Positions 20,620 through 30,655 of a stretch of 64,000 nt of DNA are shown piece after piece; position 1 is the stretch's first letter, and each line of letters begins with the position of its first letter. Location: IMG/VR virus record IMGVR_UViG_3300027541_000009, positions 186,001-250,000 of that record; one strand, 5' to 3'. The position numbers and the translations under genes were made by a program. The notes under the pieces were generated by a model. That model searched no databases and had not been told where the DNA came from. It saw nothing but the letters and a program-made list of their open reading frames with translations.

Positions 20620-20813
20620 CTGAACGAGCACAAGAATTTATGAATGAAGTATGGGAACACCGAAATAATTTCGGTGCTGATACTGAAGAAAAGTTAGTTT
20701 CTGCTATTCTTTGTCTTGCTGCAGAAAAAGTGCAGTTCTTTACGGCTCAAGATGGTAGAATTGTTTTGGATAAAGGTGATATGATTCGACTTGCAGAGGA
20801 ACTAAACCAATGA
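20616..20813 (+). CDS. Hypothetical protein
   Basis: ATGA-coupled. Confidence 0.65.
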   Translation: MTERAQEFMNEVWEHRNNFGADTEEKLVSAILCLAAEKVQFFTAQDGRIVLDKGDMIRLAEELNQ

Positions 20814-21103
20814 AAATCTTTCAAGTCGCAAAATGGGGTGTAAGAGAGGATTATGGTAAAGAGTTCTACCTATCACTCTTTCTTACTGAACGATATTCAC
20901 TGCTTCAAGTTGCAGTTGATTTTGGTGAATATGGTAAGTGGATTGAGTGGCCTTATCTTCAAATCTCTATGGGATATGGTAGACTGTTTTCCTTTCTATT
21001 CTCTCTTGGTCGTTTAGGATTTACTTTTGATATCTGGGGGAGAAACTGGCGTGATGAGTTGTTCTATCAAGCAAAAGATTATATGAAGTTGAAAGATGAC
21101 TAA
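20810..21103 (+). CDS. Hypothetical protein
   Basis: ATGA-coupled. Confidence 0.65.
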   Translation: MKIFQVAKWGVREDYGKEFYLSLFLTERYSLLQVAVDFGEYGKWIEWPYLQISMGYGRLFSFLFSLGRLGFTFDIWGRNWRDELFYQAKDYMKLKDD

Positions 21104-21254
21104 ACCTCTACCTGACAAAAGAGAACTTGATATAATGTGGACTGTTGCAACCAGTACCAGTTTGGAAACTGGCACAAGACCTAACATCCATTTTGCCAGG
21201 ATGCTGTATGATGAGTTCAACGACATCAAACCCCCAGTAGGACTTGGAAAATGA
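21096..21254 (+). CDS. Hypothetical protein, paralog of 30993..31166
   Basis: LPDKRELDIMWTVATS motif; read manually. Confidence 0.6.
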   Translation: MTKPLPDKRELDIMWTVATSTSLETGTRPNIHFARMLYDEFNDIKPPVGLGK

Positions 21255-21550
21255 GTGGTGGACATTTTGGTAACTGTGGTTACGATTACTACAAAGTTTA
21301 TCAGTTTGCTGATGAATTGGAAGATGAGATTCTCAAAAATGGTCAGAAACGTGAAGATGGTGGATACTATGGTGAAGAGTATTATCCTGCTTTTGAACCA
21401 GAAACTATCGAATATCTAAAAGAACAACTGCCAAAAATGAAAAAGATGGCAGAGATTATGAGGCATATTGATTATCTGTATTCAGGTGATCATGGTGAAG
21501 ATAGTTTTATGGAACGGGTGAAAGAAGTGGAGGCTAAGTATGAAATTTGA
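21251..21550 (+). CDS. Hypothetical protein (MSGGHF..; IDYLYSGD.GE.SF)
   Basis: ATGA-coupled 99-aa ORF. Confidence 0.7.
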   Translation: MSGGHFGNCGYDYYKVYQFADELEDEILKNGQKREDGGYYGEEYYPAFEPETIEYLKEQLPKMKKMAEIMRHIDYLYSGDHGEDSFMERVKEVEAKYEI

Positions 21551-21758
21551 TGGAATTGATTGGGCAGTTTTGTTTGTATTTTTTATTGCAATCGTTGCTG
21601 GTGCTATCATCACCTATGATGCCCAACAACAACGAGTATTATTCCAACAAACATACAATAAAAACTTGGAGTGTCGTCAAGCACTCAAAGACCAAACAGT
21701 AGTAAGAGTGAATGAGATTTGTGGAGAAGTTCCTGTGATTGGAGATTTTGTGAAATGA
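21540..21758 (+). CDS. Small membrane protein (ICGEVP family)
   Basis: N-terminal TM; paralog of 22850..23077. Confidence 0.65.
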   Translation: MKFDGIDWAVLFVFFIAIVAGAIITYDAQQQRVLFQQTYNKNLECRQALKDQTVVRVNEICGEVPVIGDFVK

Positions 21759-21912
21759 ACCAATATTATAACGACTATCCAAAAGAACCTATTGGTGGTG
21801 GTAATCCTTATTACTGCTGTTCTTATTGTAAGATAAGTGACCCACAAATCAACGGAGAACTTAAAAATCATACAGAATGGTGTGAGTATCGTATTCAAAA
21901 GGAACTTGGAAA

Positions 21913-22095
21913 ATGATTGAACTTCGTATCGTTGAGAATGAACTGGGAGTGAAACCAGACATTCAGTATCGGTATCATATTTTTACTACTGATGCTTCTG
22001 GTAATTTATGTCCTCCCATCCTTTATGATTGTGAGGAATGGAGTGAATGGAAAACTGCTCCTTATGTAAATGTAGAGGAGATTGAAAATGATTGA
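21913..22095 (+). CDS. Hypothetical protein
   Basis: ATGA-coupled. Confidence 0.55.
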   Translation: MIELRIVENELGVKPDIQYRYHIFTTDASGNLCPPILYDCEEWSEWKTAPYVNVEEIEND

Positions 22096-22239
22096 AATCA
22101 AAAAATCTTATGTCTTGGAACTAACAGAACAACAAGCAAAAGAACTCTATTGGATTTTGAGAGATGTAAATTTAGAAACTGATAATACACTAAAACTTGT
22201 TTATCATGAACTAAAAAAATTATTTGATGCGGGGATACG

Positions 22240-22530
22240 ATGAACGAAACACTTAATAAGAACCTCACACTCATTCAGGAGGTTGCTACAAAGGCACTTG
22301 AAGAACTCAAGAATTCCACAGAACGATTTGGTGGTGTAAATTATGCTGACCTACGAGTGGTTGATGTGTGGGTGAAATATAGTATTCACGAAGAGGATTT
22401 GGAGTATGGTGTGTTGATTGAAGAATGTTCTCCAACTGCTTATGATTTTCAGGATTATATGTTAGAATACCTGAAAGATAATCTGCCTAATAATTTGGGG
22501 TGGAGCATTTATGTGGAGTTGGATTGGTGA
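22240..22530 (+). CDS. Hypothetical protein
   Basis: ATGA-coupled 96-aa ORF. Confidence 0.65.
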   Translation: MNETLNKNLTLIQEVATKALEELKNSTERFGGVNYADLRVVDVWVKYSIHEEDLEYGVLIEECSPTAYDFQDYMLEYLKDNLPNNLGWSIYVELDW

Positions 22531-22849
22531 TGACTAAAACTCAATCAGCATTAGAACGAGTTATTATTGAACTTGATAGTTGGTGTGATAATTGGACTCC
22601 GACATCTTATAATGACCCTCGCATTAGTTTGAGACAGATTGCTGACCGTGCCCGTGATGTTTTAGAACAGGAGAAAAATGACTATGATTTTAGATGAAGA
22701 AGTCATCAAACTTGTAAAAGAACACTTTGAAGAAGATTGGGATGAAAATGATGGTTGGGAGTATTCTGGAAACTTTGATGCCTTTGTGAAGTTTGCCCAA
22801 GAAATCTTTCAAATGGGTTATAATGAAGGTAGTTATGATATGTCCTACT

Positions 22850-23077
22850 ATGAGTGAAATGAAACCCTTTATCTTTATCTTCATCATTCCACTTCTCATC
22901 ATTACTGGTTATTTCCTTTCTATGGAACTACTGAATACTTACAATACTCAAAAGGACAGAGAGATGTTCTTGAAATCTTATGAGATTGTGATAGAATGTA
23001 GGAAGTCTTATAATGTGATTAATTCCGCAACTAACATTTGTGGTGAAGTTCCTGTATTTGTGAGTTCTGTAAAATGA
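22850..23077 (+). CDS. Small membrane protein (ICGEVP family)
   Basis: TM segment; ECR...ICGEVP shared with 21540. Confidence 0.6.
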   Translation: MSEMKPFIFIFIIPLLIITGYFLSMELLNTYNTQKDREMFLKSYEIVIECRKSYNVINSATNICGEVPVFVSSVK

Positions 23078-23274
23078 CTAAATGCACCTGTTCTTACATT
23101 CAAATAGGAACCAAGACCTCCAATAGCAAAAACCTCAATCCAGATTGCCCATTACACGGAACTGATAGTGTGTGGTATAATAGTCCAGAACAAGTCAATA
23201 AACGAAAGGATAGGTCTCAACGACTTCGGGAACTTTATGATGCTGCTCGCAAAGCAAGGGAGAATGTGAAATGA
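23074..23274 (+). CDS. Hypothetical protein (CTC...CPLH)
   Basis: ATGA-coupled. Confidence 0.6.
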   Translation: MTKCTCSYIQIGTKTSNSKNLNPDCPLHGTDSVWYNSPEQVNKRKDRSQRLRELYDAARKARENVK

Positions 23275-23525
23275 AAGTTTATTCACTCTATCACAACGAA
23301 ACTTATGTTGCTTCCTTTCCAAATAAGGAAGATGCTGTTTTCTATGGTAAGCAATTCTATGAGGATGGATGGTCTTGTAATATTATTGAAGAGTATTTGA
23401 GTAAATCTCCACCACTTTATAGCACTCCTTATATTCCACCTGCTTCAAGCACTACTCCTACTATTCATAATGTAGTAAAAGCAGAACCTTATAAAGATGT
23501 GAGAGCAAATTGGGAGGAGAAATGA
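23271..23525 (+). CDS. Hypothetical protein
   Basis: ATGA-coupled. Confidence 0.6.
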   Translation: MKVYSLYHNETYVASFPNKEDAVFYGKQFYEDGWSCNIIEEYLSKSPPLYSTPYIPPASSTTPTIHNVVKAEPYKDVRANWEEK

Positions 23526-23664
23526 CTTACGAAGTTCAAACTTGGGATGATGCAGATAAAACTGTGTATTATGAAACCGTAAAGGATGCTATTGATTATG
23601 AGAGTGCTCGTGATATAATTGTAGAGAAGTATCCAAATCGTAAAGTAATTGCTGTAATTAGAAA

Positions 23665-24024
23665 ATGAATTTACTTGAAACACTTGAATACTTTCTCACA
23701 GAAACCGCAGCAGATATGGATGGTTTGTCTTGGGAAATCCGTGAGGAAACTAACTTTGAGGACAACAACATAGACCATTTGACTGAATGTTATGATTTCA
23801 ATAAAGAACTTTATGATAATCTCAAACAAATCAAACTGATGATTGAAGAGAAAGACCCAGTAAAACAAATCCTCAACGACCCTAATGATGAACTGATTGA
23901 AAAGTTTGTGGAAAAGAAAAAAGAAGTTAATGATAAACTGATTGAGAATGTGCTAAAATGGTCTGATAAAGTTTTAGATGGTATTGATTTGAATGAAAAA
24001 CTACCCGATGAAGAAAATGACTGA
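23665..24024 (+). CDS. Hypothetical acidic protein
   Basis: 119 aa, coupled. Confidence 0.65.
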   Translation: MNLLETLEYFLTETAADMDGLSWEIREETNFEDNNIDHLTECYDFNKELYDNLKQIKLMIEEKDPVKQILNDPNDELIEKFVEKKKEVNDKLIENVLKWSDKVLDGIDLNEKLPDEEND

Positions 24025-24189
24025 ACCAACAGACACAGAAATCCTTGAATTTCTACTCAATCAATTCAAGATGTGTTCTCCTAAAATGAATGGAGAACAC
24101 GATTGGGTTTTTATGAATAGTGGATTTCCTATGAGTAGAGCAAAAGGTAAAAGTGCCCGTGATGCTGTGATTGCTGCGATGAGGGCAAG

Positions 24190-24438
24190 ATGACTGAAAT
24201 TGTTAATCTTGAAGAATGTGTTGATTATGTCGTCAAAGTTGTTCGCAGAGACGATACAACTCTTTATGGTAAAATTAGAAATTCTCCCACCTATCCAGAT
24301 GATGACCGTCCTTTTGTATTTGATTTGGGAAATGGTGGGGGACTTCGTTATAGTAAATATGGTAGAGTAGTAAAAAAGGCAAACAAACTTGATATTATTT
24401 GGATTAAAAAAATAGCAAAGGAAACCTGTGATGACTGA
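24190..24438 (+). CDS. Hypothetical protein
   Basis: ATGA-coupled. Confidence 0.6.
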   Translation: MTEIVNLEECVDYVVKVVRRDDTTLYGKIRNSPTYPDDDRPFVFDLGNGGGLRYSKYGRVVKKANKLDIIWIKKIAKETCDD

Positions 24439-24637
24439 AAGAAAACCTATACAAATCTCTGGTGATATGGTATTATGTTCCGACAATACCTTATGGAAAC
24501 TTGATGGTAGTTGGTGGGCAAAACTTGCTCCCATTCCTACTGACGAAGAATACGAAGAACAACGAGATGCCAGATTGGAATGGCATAACAAACTTACAGA
24601 AGCATTATATGAACGAGGTAGTTGGAGTAAAAAATGA
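24431..24637 (+). CDS. Hypothetical protein
   Basis: Coupled ORF. Confidence 0.6.
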   Translation: MTERKPIQISGDMVLCSDNTLWKLDGSWWAKLAPIPTDEEYEEQRDARLEWHNKLTEALYERGSWSKK

Positions 24638-24685
24638 CTTATAAATAAAATGTCTATAGAAACCGCAATTCTCTACGGACAGATT

Positions 24686-24706
24686 AGGTGCTTTCGGGCA
24701 CCTTTT
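24686..24706 (+). terminator. Rho-independent terminator (TTCG loop)
   Basis: AGGTGCT-TTCG-GGCACCT-TTT. Confidence 0.75.
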
Positions 24707-24743
24707 CTATTATAAATACTAATGCGGTTTCTGTAGAATAACG

Positions 24744-25529
24744 ATGACTTACCAAAGTCCAAGAATTTACATATACAAAATTACCTTTGAAGAAGTTCCA
24801 TATTACTATTATGGAGTTCATAAGGAAAAATACTTCAACGAAGAATACTGGGGTTCTCCTACAACAAACAAGTGGTGTTGGGAACTTTATACACCAAAGA
24901 AACAAATACTTCAATTTTTTGATTATACGGATGAAGGTTGGTTGAAAGCACAAGAAATTGAAGAAAGATTGATAAAACCATTTTTTAATACAGATAAATG
25001 GTGTCTAAATGAAAGTTGTGGTGGTAAAGTATCTCTAAAAGTTTTGCGTGAAAGTGGAAATAAATGTTATGAACTTGGTTTAGGAGTTCATTCACTAACC
25101 AAAGAGCAAAGAAGTGAAAATGCTAAAAGAACTGGTAAAATTTATGGAAAAAAAGGAGGTGAAAGAGTATATCAACTTGGTGTTGGAGTTCACGGAAGAA
25201 CAAAAGAACAGATGAGTGAAGATGGGAAACAAGGAGGAAAAAAATCATACGAACTTAAAATAGGAATACACGGAAGAACCAAAGACCAGATGGTTGAAAA
25301 TGGTAGAAAGTGTGGAAATAGAACATATGAACTTGGAATTGGAATACACGGACAAAGCAAAGAAAAAATGACGGAAAATGGAAGAAGAGGTGGAAAAATA
25401 GGAGGTAAAAAAACAAGTTCTCAAAGATGGATGTGTCTTGAAACTGGATTTATCACAAACGCAGGTGCTCTTTCAAATTATCAAAAGAAAAATGGAATAG
25501 ACATCACTAAACGAGTGAGAGTGGTATAA
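24744..25529 (+). CDS. Seg-like GIY-YIG homing endonuclease with four C-terminal repeats
   Basis: IYIYKIT....YYYYGVH..Y.GS N-terminal nuclease motif; four Y(E/Q)L..G(V/I)H..(T/S)K(E/D)...E.(G/A)..G repeats; TATAAATA at 24711. Confidence 0.8.
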   Translation: MTYQSPRIYIYKITFEEVPYYYYGVHKEKYFNEEYWGSPTTNKWCWELYTPKKQILQFFDYTDEGWLKAQEIEERLIKPFFNTDKWCLNESCGGKVSLKVLRESGNKCYELGLGVHSLTKEQRSENAKRTGKIYGKKGGERVYQLGVGVHGRTKEQMSEDGKQGGKKSYELKIGIHGRTKDQMVENGRKCGNRTYELGIGIHGQSKEKMTENGRRGGKIGGKKTSSQRWMCLETGFITNAGALSNYQKKNGIDITKRVRVV

Positions 25530-25609
25530 GGACACTTTACAAACTGGAACAAGGTGCCTTTACAGGGCACCTTTTTTGTTGTATACTGACCTTATGAGTA
25601 ATCACTTAA

Positions 25610-26185
25610 ATGAATAACGATTGGAAACCAACTGAAATCAACGAAGGACAATCAACAAACTGGGAACCAAGGAAGCAACACCCCGAAGAAGTCGCAAATG
25701 GACTTCGTGATGCTTTTAGACAAGCAATCAAAGATGGTGTGATGGATGCTACTCCTTATTTTAAATCTATGACTTTCAAATCTGATATTGAAAAAACAGA
25801 AGCAGAAATCAAAGTGCTTCAAAAGAAACTTGAACTCCTCAAAGAGATTGAGACACATAAATCTCAACCAAGAATGTATCTTGAAAACTCTGGGAAGTAT
25901 GAGGTTGTCTCTTATAATGGTGAGAATTATTATCGTCTGGAATATCCAACTGATGTTATTTGGTATAAGAAAAAGAAACCTGCTGATGGTATGATGCTGG
26001 TTCGTATTACTGATGGTGAAACTCGTCGTCTGCTTGAAGGACTTTGGTTTAATGAGGTGCGAAAGGGAAATTATACTTATGTGGGTGAAGAATGGTTGCC
26101 TGATGAGTTAGAATATGAAGAAGATGAGATGGGATATAATCAAGGATGGAATGATTGTTTGAACGAAATCAAGAGGAAAAACTGA
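25610..26185 (+). CDS. Hypothetical protein (C-terminal WLP..GWNDC module)
   Basis: 191 aa, first gene after class-2 promoter. Confidence 0.7.
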   Translation: MNNDWKPTEINEGQSTNWEPRKQHPEEVANGLRDAFRQAIKDGVMDATPYFKSMTFKSDIEKTEAEIKVLQKKLELLKEIETHKSQPRMYLENSGKYEVVSYNGENYYRLEYPTDVIWYKKKKPADGMMLVRITDGETRRLLEGLWFNEVRKGNYTYVGEEWLPDELEYEEDEMGYNQGWNDCLNEIKRKN

Positions 26186-26186
26186 A

Positions 26187-26495
26187 ATGACTGAACCAGA
26201 AATCATCGTAGAAAGAAAAAAATACGGAAGATGTGCTGTGGATTATACTATGAGAGTTTATCAAAAACTTGATGAAGAAACCATAATGATTGATGGTGTG
26301 AAGTATCAAAAAGTAGAAGAACCAAAACCACAAACACTTTATGAGATGTTCTGTAAAGAACAATTGGAGTTTGTAAATAGAGAAGTTATTTGTGATATTG
26401 TTGAAAGATGGTTGCCTGATGAAGATGGTGGTGATGATAGATATGCTTGTGGTTGGAATGATTGTGTTGAGAAGTTGAAGTTGAGGTTGAAATGA
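26187..26495 (+). CDS. Hypothetical protein (WLP..GWNDC module)
   Basis: 102 aa. Confidence 0.7.
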   Translation: MTEPEIIVERKKYGRCAVDYTMRVYQKLDEETIMIDGVKYQKVEEPKPQTLYEMFCKEQLEFVNREVICDIVERWLPDEDGGDDRYACGWNDCVEKLKLRLK

Positions 26496-27055
26496 TTGAA
26501 CCATTAAACCATAAATTAGATGTAAGTAAAATCAAAACACTCACAGATGTAAAGAATGTCTTTGAGTGTATGAATTTGTATTCTTATGCTGAAGAAGACC
26601 ACGAAAAGTATGAACTCCTCAAAGAATACTTCACAATTCCAAACGAAGCACAAGAAATCAAATTTGAACTACCACGCAAGTCATTAGAAGAAATCTCACA
26701 AGAGTTTGATGAGAAGATTGATAAACATATTGAGAGTATCAAGCATAAGTTTGCTGAACTCAAATGTCATCAAGAGTATTACTACAATCAAAAGTTCAAT
26801 AGAATTATTGAGAACTTTAAGTATGCGAAGGAACACGGACAATTCCCAGTCAGACTTACAGTAGGTAATTTAGATTGTTCTACTCTTGGTGTGAGCAGTG
26901 CTGTAGATTGGACTACAGAATTTAGAATTGGTAAAGATGTGGTAGGATACTGGGACATCAAACCAAACATCAAAGTGTATCTGGAAAAGAAACCAAATGT
27001 GATTGTGAGATACTTTACTAAGCTACTTCTTGACTTTACTTGGAACGACAAGTGA
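26492..27055 (+). CDS. Hypothetical protein
   Basis: 187 aa, ATGA-coupled. Confidence 0.7.
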   Translation: MIEPLNHKLDVSKIKTLTDVKNVFECMNLYSYAEEDHEKYELLKEYFTIPNEAQEIKFELPRKSLEEISQEFDEKIDKHIESIKHKFAELKCHQEYYYNQKFNRIIENFKYAKEHGQFPVRLTVGNLDCSTLGVSSAVDWTTEFRIGKDVVGYWDIKPNIKVYLEKKPNVIVRYFTKLLLDFTWNDK

Positions 27056-27131
27056 CACTTTCTAAACTGGCACAAGAGCATCCCACAGGTGCTCCTTTTG
27101 GTTGTATAATGACTTCATAACAAACAAACCG

Positions 27132-27305
27132 ATGCACTACGAAACTGACATCATCATTCATCAGTATTCATCTGATGGTGATTTTTATTACAAACTCAAA
27201 GTCACAGATGTAATGAATATGGATTACTACTATGAGGGTAGTGCTTCCACACTTGATGATGTTATGGAATGTATCCAACTCCATCTCAAACAACACCAGA
27301 ACTGA
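27132..27305 (+). CDS. Hypothetical protein
   Basis: First ATG after class-2 promoter. Confidence 0.6.
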   Translation: MHYETDIIIHQYSSDGDFYYKLKVTDVMNMDYYYEGSASTLDDVMECIQLHLKQHQN

Positions 27306-27306
27306 A

Positions 27307-27528
27307 ATGACTGATACACAAAAACTTCAATTCCTTCTCACCAAACTTCAAGAAACTGCAGACAGTAAGCATTGTTATGATGAATGTGGTGATGATTATT
27401 CTCCTTCAGACGCTGGAAATTATGATGATGCTTTTGATGCGGGATTTGAGTATGGTGAAATAACATTTGCTCGTGATTTGCTTCAACAACTTAAACTTCA
27501 AACACAAATTGAACCTCATTTGAAATGA
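27307..27528 (+). CDS. Hypothetical acidic protein
   Basis: MTDTQK start inside track ORF 27232. Confidence 0.6.
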   Translation: MTDTQKLQFLLTKLQETADSKHCYDECGDDYSPSDAGNYDDAFDAGFEYGEITFARDLLQQLKLQTQIEPHLK

Positions 27529-27854
27529 CTGCCTTCACTTACAAAGGATACGGACGCATCTACACTAATCCAGAACACATTCAAGTTGTAGAAGATATTA
27601 TCAAATTACTTGATGAGTTTGAGTGGAGTTATTATCCAGAAGGACTTGTAGCATCTTGGGATATGTATCCAAATGTTGAGTATGTTGGTAAGTTTGAATT
27701 GGATGGAGAAAAGTTCAAAGAATTCTGTAAAAAAGCAGACATTCCTGTGTTTATCTTTGATGCTGGTATGAATGATTATCCTTCTGGATATTATCCTACA
27801 GAACCTTTGAGTAAAGAAGAAATCAAAACACTTTCTTATGGAGAACTGAAATGA
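27525..27854 (+). CDS. Hypothetical protein
   Basis: ATGA-coupled. Confidence 0.7.
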   Translation: MTAFTYKGYGRIYTNPEHIQVVEDIIKLLDEFEWSYYPEGLVASWDMYPNVEYVGKFELDGEKFKEFCKKADIPVFIFDAGMNDYPSGYYPTEPLSKEEIKTLSYGELK

Positions 27855-28177
27855 CTATCAAAGCAACTGAACTTCTCAAACTCTTTTCCAAAGCAAAGCA
27901 ACTTGATTTAAGTGTTGAAATTCGTGAGGACAAAGATGGTGATTATATAGTTCGTATCTACGAAATGTACCACCCAGAAGGATTTGATGAAACAGTATTC
28001 ATCAATCAACAAGGTGAAACTAATTGGGATAAGAGATGTTATAGTTTTGATTATATGATGGATGTTCTTGATGAAAAGTTAGAAGAAAAACGACAAGAAG
28101 AAATCAAAGAACAAAAACGACAAGAACTTCTTGCTCGTTTGACTGATTTTGAAAAGGACTTGCTTGGAGTAAAATGA
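27851..28177 (+). CDS. Hypothetical protein
   Basis: ATGA-coupled. Confidence 0.7.
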   Translation: MTIKATELLKLFSKAKQLDLSVEIREDKDGDYIVRIYEMYHPEGFDETVFINQQGETNWDKRCYSFDYMMDVLDEKLEEKRQEEIKEQKRQELLARLTDFEKDLLGVK

Positions 28178-28359
28178 CTGAACGAGTAAAATTCAAAACT
28201 ATCACACGAGTGATTGACCCAAAGACACGCATTCATTATCTGGATGCTGTTGATGAGAATGGATACCATTGGTCTGCTCAAATGACCCACCAAGAAGAAC
28301 CTTGGATTATCTACAAAGAAGTTTGGAAAAAAGACCCACAGCAACCTTATGACACTTGA
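28174..28359 (+). CDS. Hypothetical protein
   Basis: ATGA-coupled. Confidence 0.6.
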   Translation: MTERVKFKTITRVIDPKTRIHYLDAVDENGYHWSAQMTHQEEPWIIYKEVWKKDPQQPYDT

Positions 28360-28615
28360 AGAAATCCTAGAAGAATATGGACAGGAAGTATTAGACACAT
28401 ACTACGAACTGTTCCCAGACAAAAGTATTTCAAAGTTTCCTGACCGTTTCTGTGGTTTTGTTGGTGAATATTCTGATTTTGTGTTAGACTGTTACTATTC
28501 AACGGGTAGTGATGAACTTGAACCTATTGAACACTTTGAAAACGGAGTGTTTCAAGAGTATTATTACTACGACGAAAAAACCTCAACTGGATTTGTATTT
28601 TATAATGAACGATGA
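28349..28615 (+). CDS. Hypothetical acidic protein
   Basis: 88 aa, coupled. Confidence 0.65.
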   Translation: MTLEEILEEYGQEVLDTYYELFPDKSISKFPDRFCGFVGEYSDFVLDCYYSTGSDELEPIEHFENGVFQEYYYYDEKTSTGFVFYNER

Positions 28616-28848
28616 AACCAAAAAACGCAGGATTTGACGGAGCAAAAGGTATCAATCTCAATCATCCTGCTATGGAGGATGGTGGTATCTTTCAGTTGAG
28701 AAGAGGTAAAAAACCATTACAACCAGATAAGTATAATCTCAAAAACCAACTACTCTGGTATTATCCTGACGATGAGGATGCTAAACTTTATTATTGTAAT
28801 GAGAACAACCAACTATTTGAGTTGGATTTTATACCTGTATCACAATGA
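28612..28848 (+). CDS. Hypothetical protein
   Basis: ATGA-coupled. Confidence 0.6.
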   Translation: MKPKNAGFDGAKGINLNHPAMEDGGIFQLRRGKKPLQPDKYNLKNQLLWYYPDDEDAKLYYCNENNQLFELDFIPVSQ

Positions 28849-29147
28849 CTAATGAAGATATGCCTTGGGTGATTGGACTAACTGATGAAGAAATCCAACA
28901 ACTCCGCACCAATAAACAAGAACTCACAGAATACGGCAAACAGAAAATCCGAGAACTTATGAATAAAAAACCAACTCTTTATAATAAACTAGAAGAGTGG
29001 GTTGATTATGGAAACTTCGCACAATCCAGAGATGTTCTGGTAAATGAGATTGTGAATATCGTAAAGGATTGGTTGCCGAAAGAACACGAAACTAACAGTT
29101 ATAAGTGGAATGAGTGTATTAGAATGATTAGGGAAAATCTACGATGA
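28845..29147 (+). CDS. Hypothetical protein (WLP..WNEC module)
   Basis: ATGA-coupled. Confidence 0.65.
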   Translation: MTNEDMPWVIGLTDEEIQQLRTNKQELTEYGKQKIRELMNKKPTLYNKLEEWVDYGNFAQSRDVLVNEIVNIVKDWLPKEHETNSYKWNECIRMIRENLR

Positions 29148-29821
29148 CTGATGGTAAGTTGAGGTTTTATGATAAAGGAAAAGAAACTCTCACAATTGAT
29201 GATAGTTCTTGGGGAAAAGTCCAAACTCCAGAAACACAGTTGCACATCAAAGAAATGACCCACGAAGAAATGCTTGAAGAAGCGGCAAAACGAGAAAAAG
29301 AGAATGAAGTATTAAAGATTGCTATTGATTTCATTGAAGAACATTCAGAAGCAATGAAACAACTTCGTAAGATTGAGCATGAAGAACTAATTGAAGAACT
29401 GCAAGCAAAGAAAAAAGAAAACTTCCAACTGGTTGCCGATGCTTGTATGAAAGAATATGAGCAGAAGTATCATCGTGATGTATTCCCAGTGGATGAGCAT
29501 TGGGTGTATATGGTTTCCGAATATTTCGGCACAGGGGAGGGTCAAACTGTGTGTGTTATGATGACACAGGCAAATCCTGGTCATAAAGAAGATTTTGAAA
29601 ACTCTACCAATAAGTATGTTGCTTGTACTACACAGCAATATCGTGCTGTAAGGGCATTTCATGAGCAGTTTGGCACTTGGTATCTTCATGGTCTCAGATT
29701 TCTCAGTAAAGAAGATTTCTTCAGTGAATATTCATACTACATTCCTCCAGCAATGATGAAGCTCCTTAATAGAAGTTGCTTCAAAGACTTCTACACCCGT
29801 GTTCATTATAACTTCTCATAA
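29144..29821 (+). CDS. Hypothetical protein
   Basis: 225 aa, ATGA-coupled. Confidence 0.75.
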   Translation: MTDGKLRFYDKGKETLTIDDSSWGKVQTPETQLHIKEMTHEEMLEEAAKREKENEVLKIAIDFIEEHSEAMKQLRKIEHEELIEELQAKKKENFQLVADACMKEYEQKYHRDVFPVDEHWVYMVSEYFGTGEGQTVCVMMTQANPGHKEDFENSTNKYVACTTQQYRAVRAFHEQFGTWYLHGLRFLSKEDFFSEYSYYIPPAMMKLLNRSCFKDFYTRVHYNFS

Positions 29822-29966
29822 TGGACTTCACAAAACGCCAACTGGTTCTATTGACAACTGCCCTTACTTTGTTCTATGATGAGATTGCAAAGACAGCACC
29901 TTCTGAAATGAAGTTGGAAGTTATGGAACTTGCACAGATGATTCAAGATGCTTATGAGGAAGTAGA

Positions 29967-30152
29967 GTGAGTAGATTTACTGAAAACCCAGACGAAATTG
30001 TACTTCAAGACATTCAAATGTTTCATCTTGAAAGTATGAATGAACGCACCTTATGGGTTGGTGTGTATACTGAAGACGATAAAATCTATCACTTGAATAT
30101 TTCTGCGGATGGTGATAAACTGAGGTACTATTGGAGTGATGAAACCCCGTGA
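29967..30152 (+). CDS. Hypothetical protein
   Basis: GTGA-coupled. Confidence 0.6.
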   Translation: MSRFTENPDEIVLQDIQMFHLESMNERTLWVGVYTEDDKIYHLNISADGDKLRYYWSDETP

Positions 30153-30499
30153 GATTTGAAAATCCAACGAAATGGGAACTCTTTCTTGATGGATTCCATA
30201 ACTTCTGGAACTGTCTGGATTGTTATAATGACGGGGATGATTGGGGATATAGTGAGTTCTGGGAAGGTTTATCTTTGGGATGGTATATGGAGTACATCTA
30301 TCCTTATGATGACCCATACAATATCACTATTTCACCTGAACGCAAGTTGAGGTTAGACCAAAAACCACCAGTCATTTATGTATCAGAAGAAGCATATGAT
30401 GCTCTTGTAGAAGCAATCAATCAACCACCAGAATATAATGAAAAGATTGCTAGATTATTAAGTCGTAAAGCACCTTGGGAAGATGAACGAGAAATCTAA
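30149..30499 (+). CDS. Hypothetical protein
   Basis: 116 aa; C-terminus (VSEEAYDALVEAINQPP..N..IARLL) recalls DUF1778-type tails. Confidence 0.65.
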   Translation: MRFENPTKWELFLDGFHNFWNCLDCYNDGDDWGYSEFWEGLSLGWYMEYIYPYDDPYNITISPERKLRLDQKPPVIYVSEEAYDALVEAINQPPEYNEKIARLLSRKAPWEDEREI

Positions 30500-30655
30500 A
30501 ATCTACTACAATATCTGGTGTTGTGCCTATCAACGCAGAGGGATGTACAAAGGAACAGATAGGGAGCACAGAGAGCATGAAACTATCCGTATGTGTCTTG
30601 ATATGAAAGACGTAAAGTTTTACCAATTTGATACTGAAAAACCGCATTATCTCTA

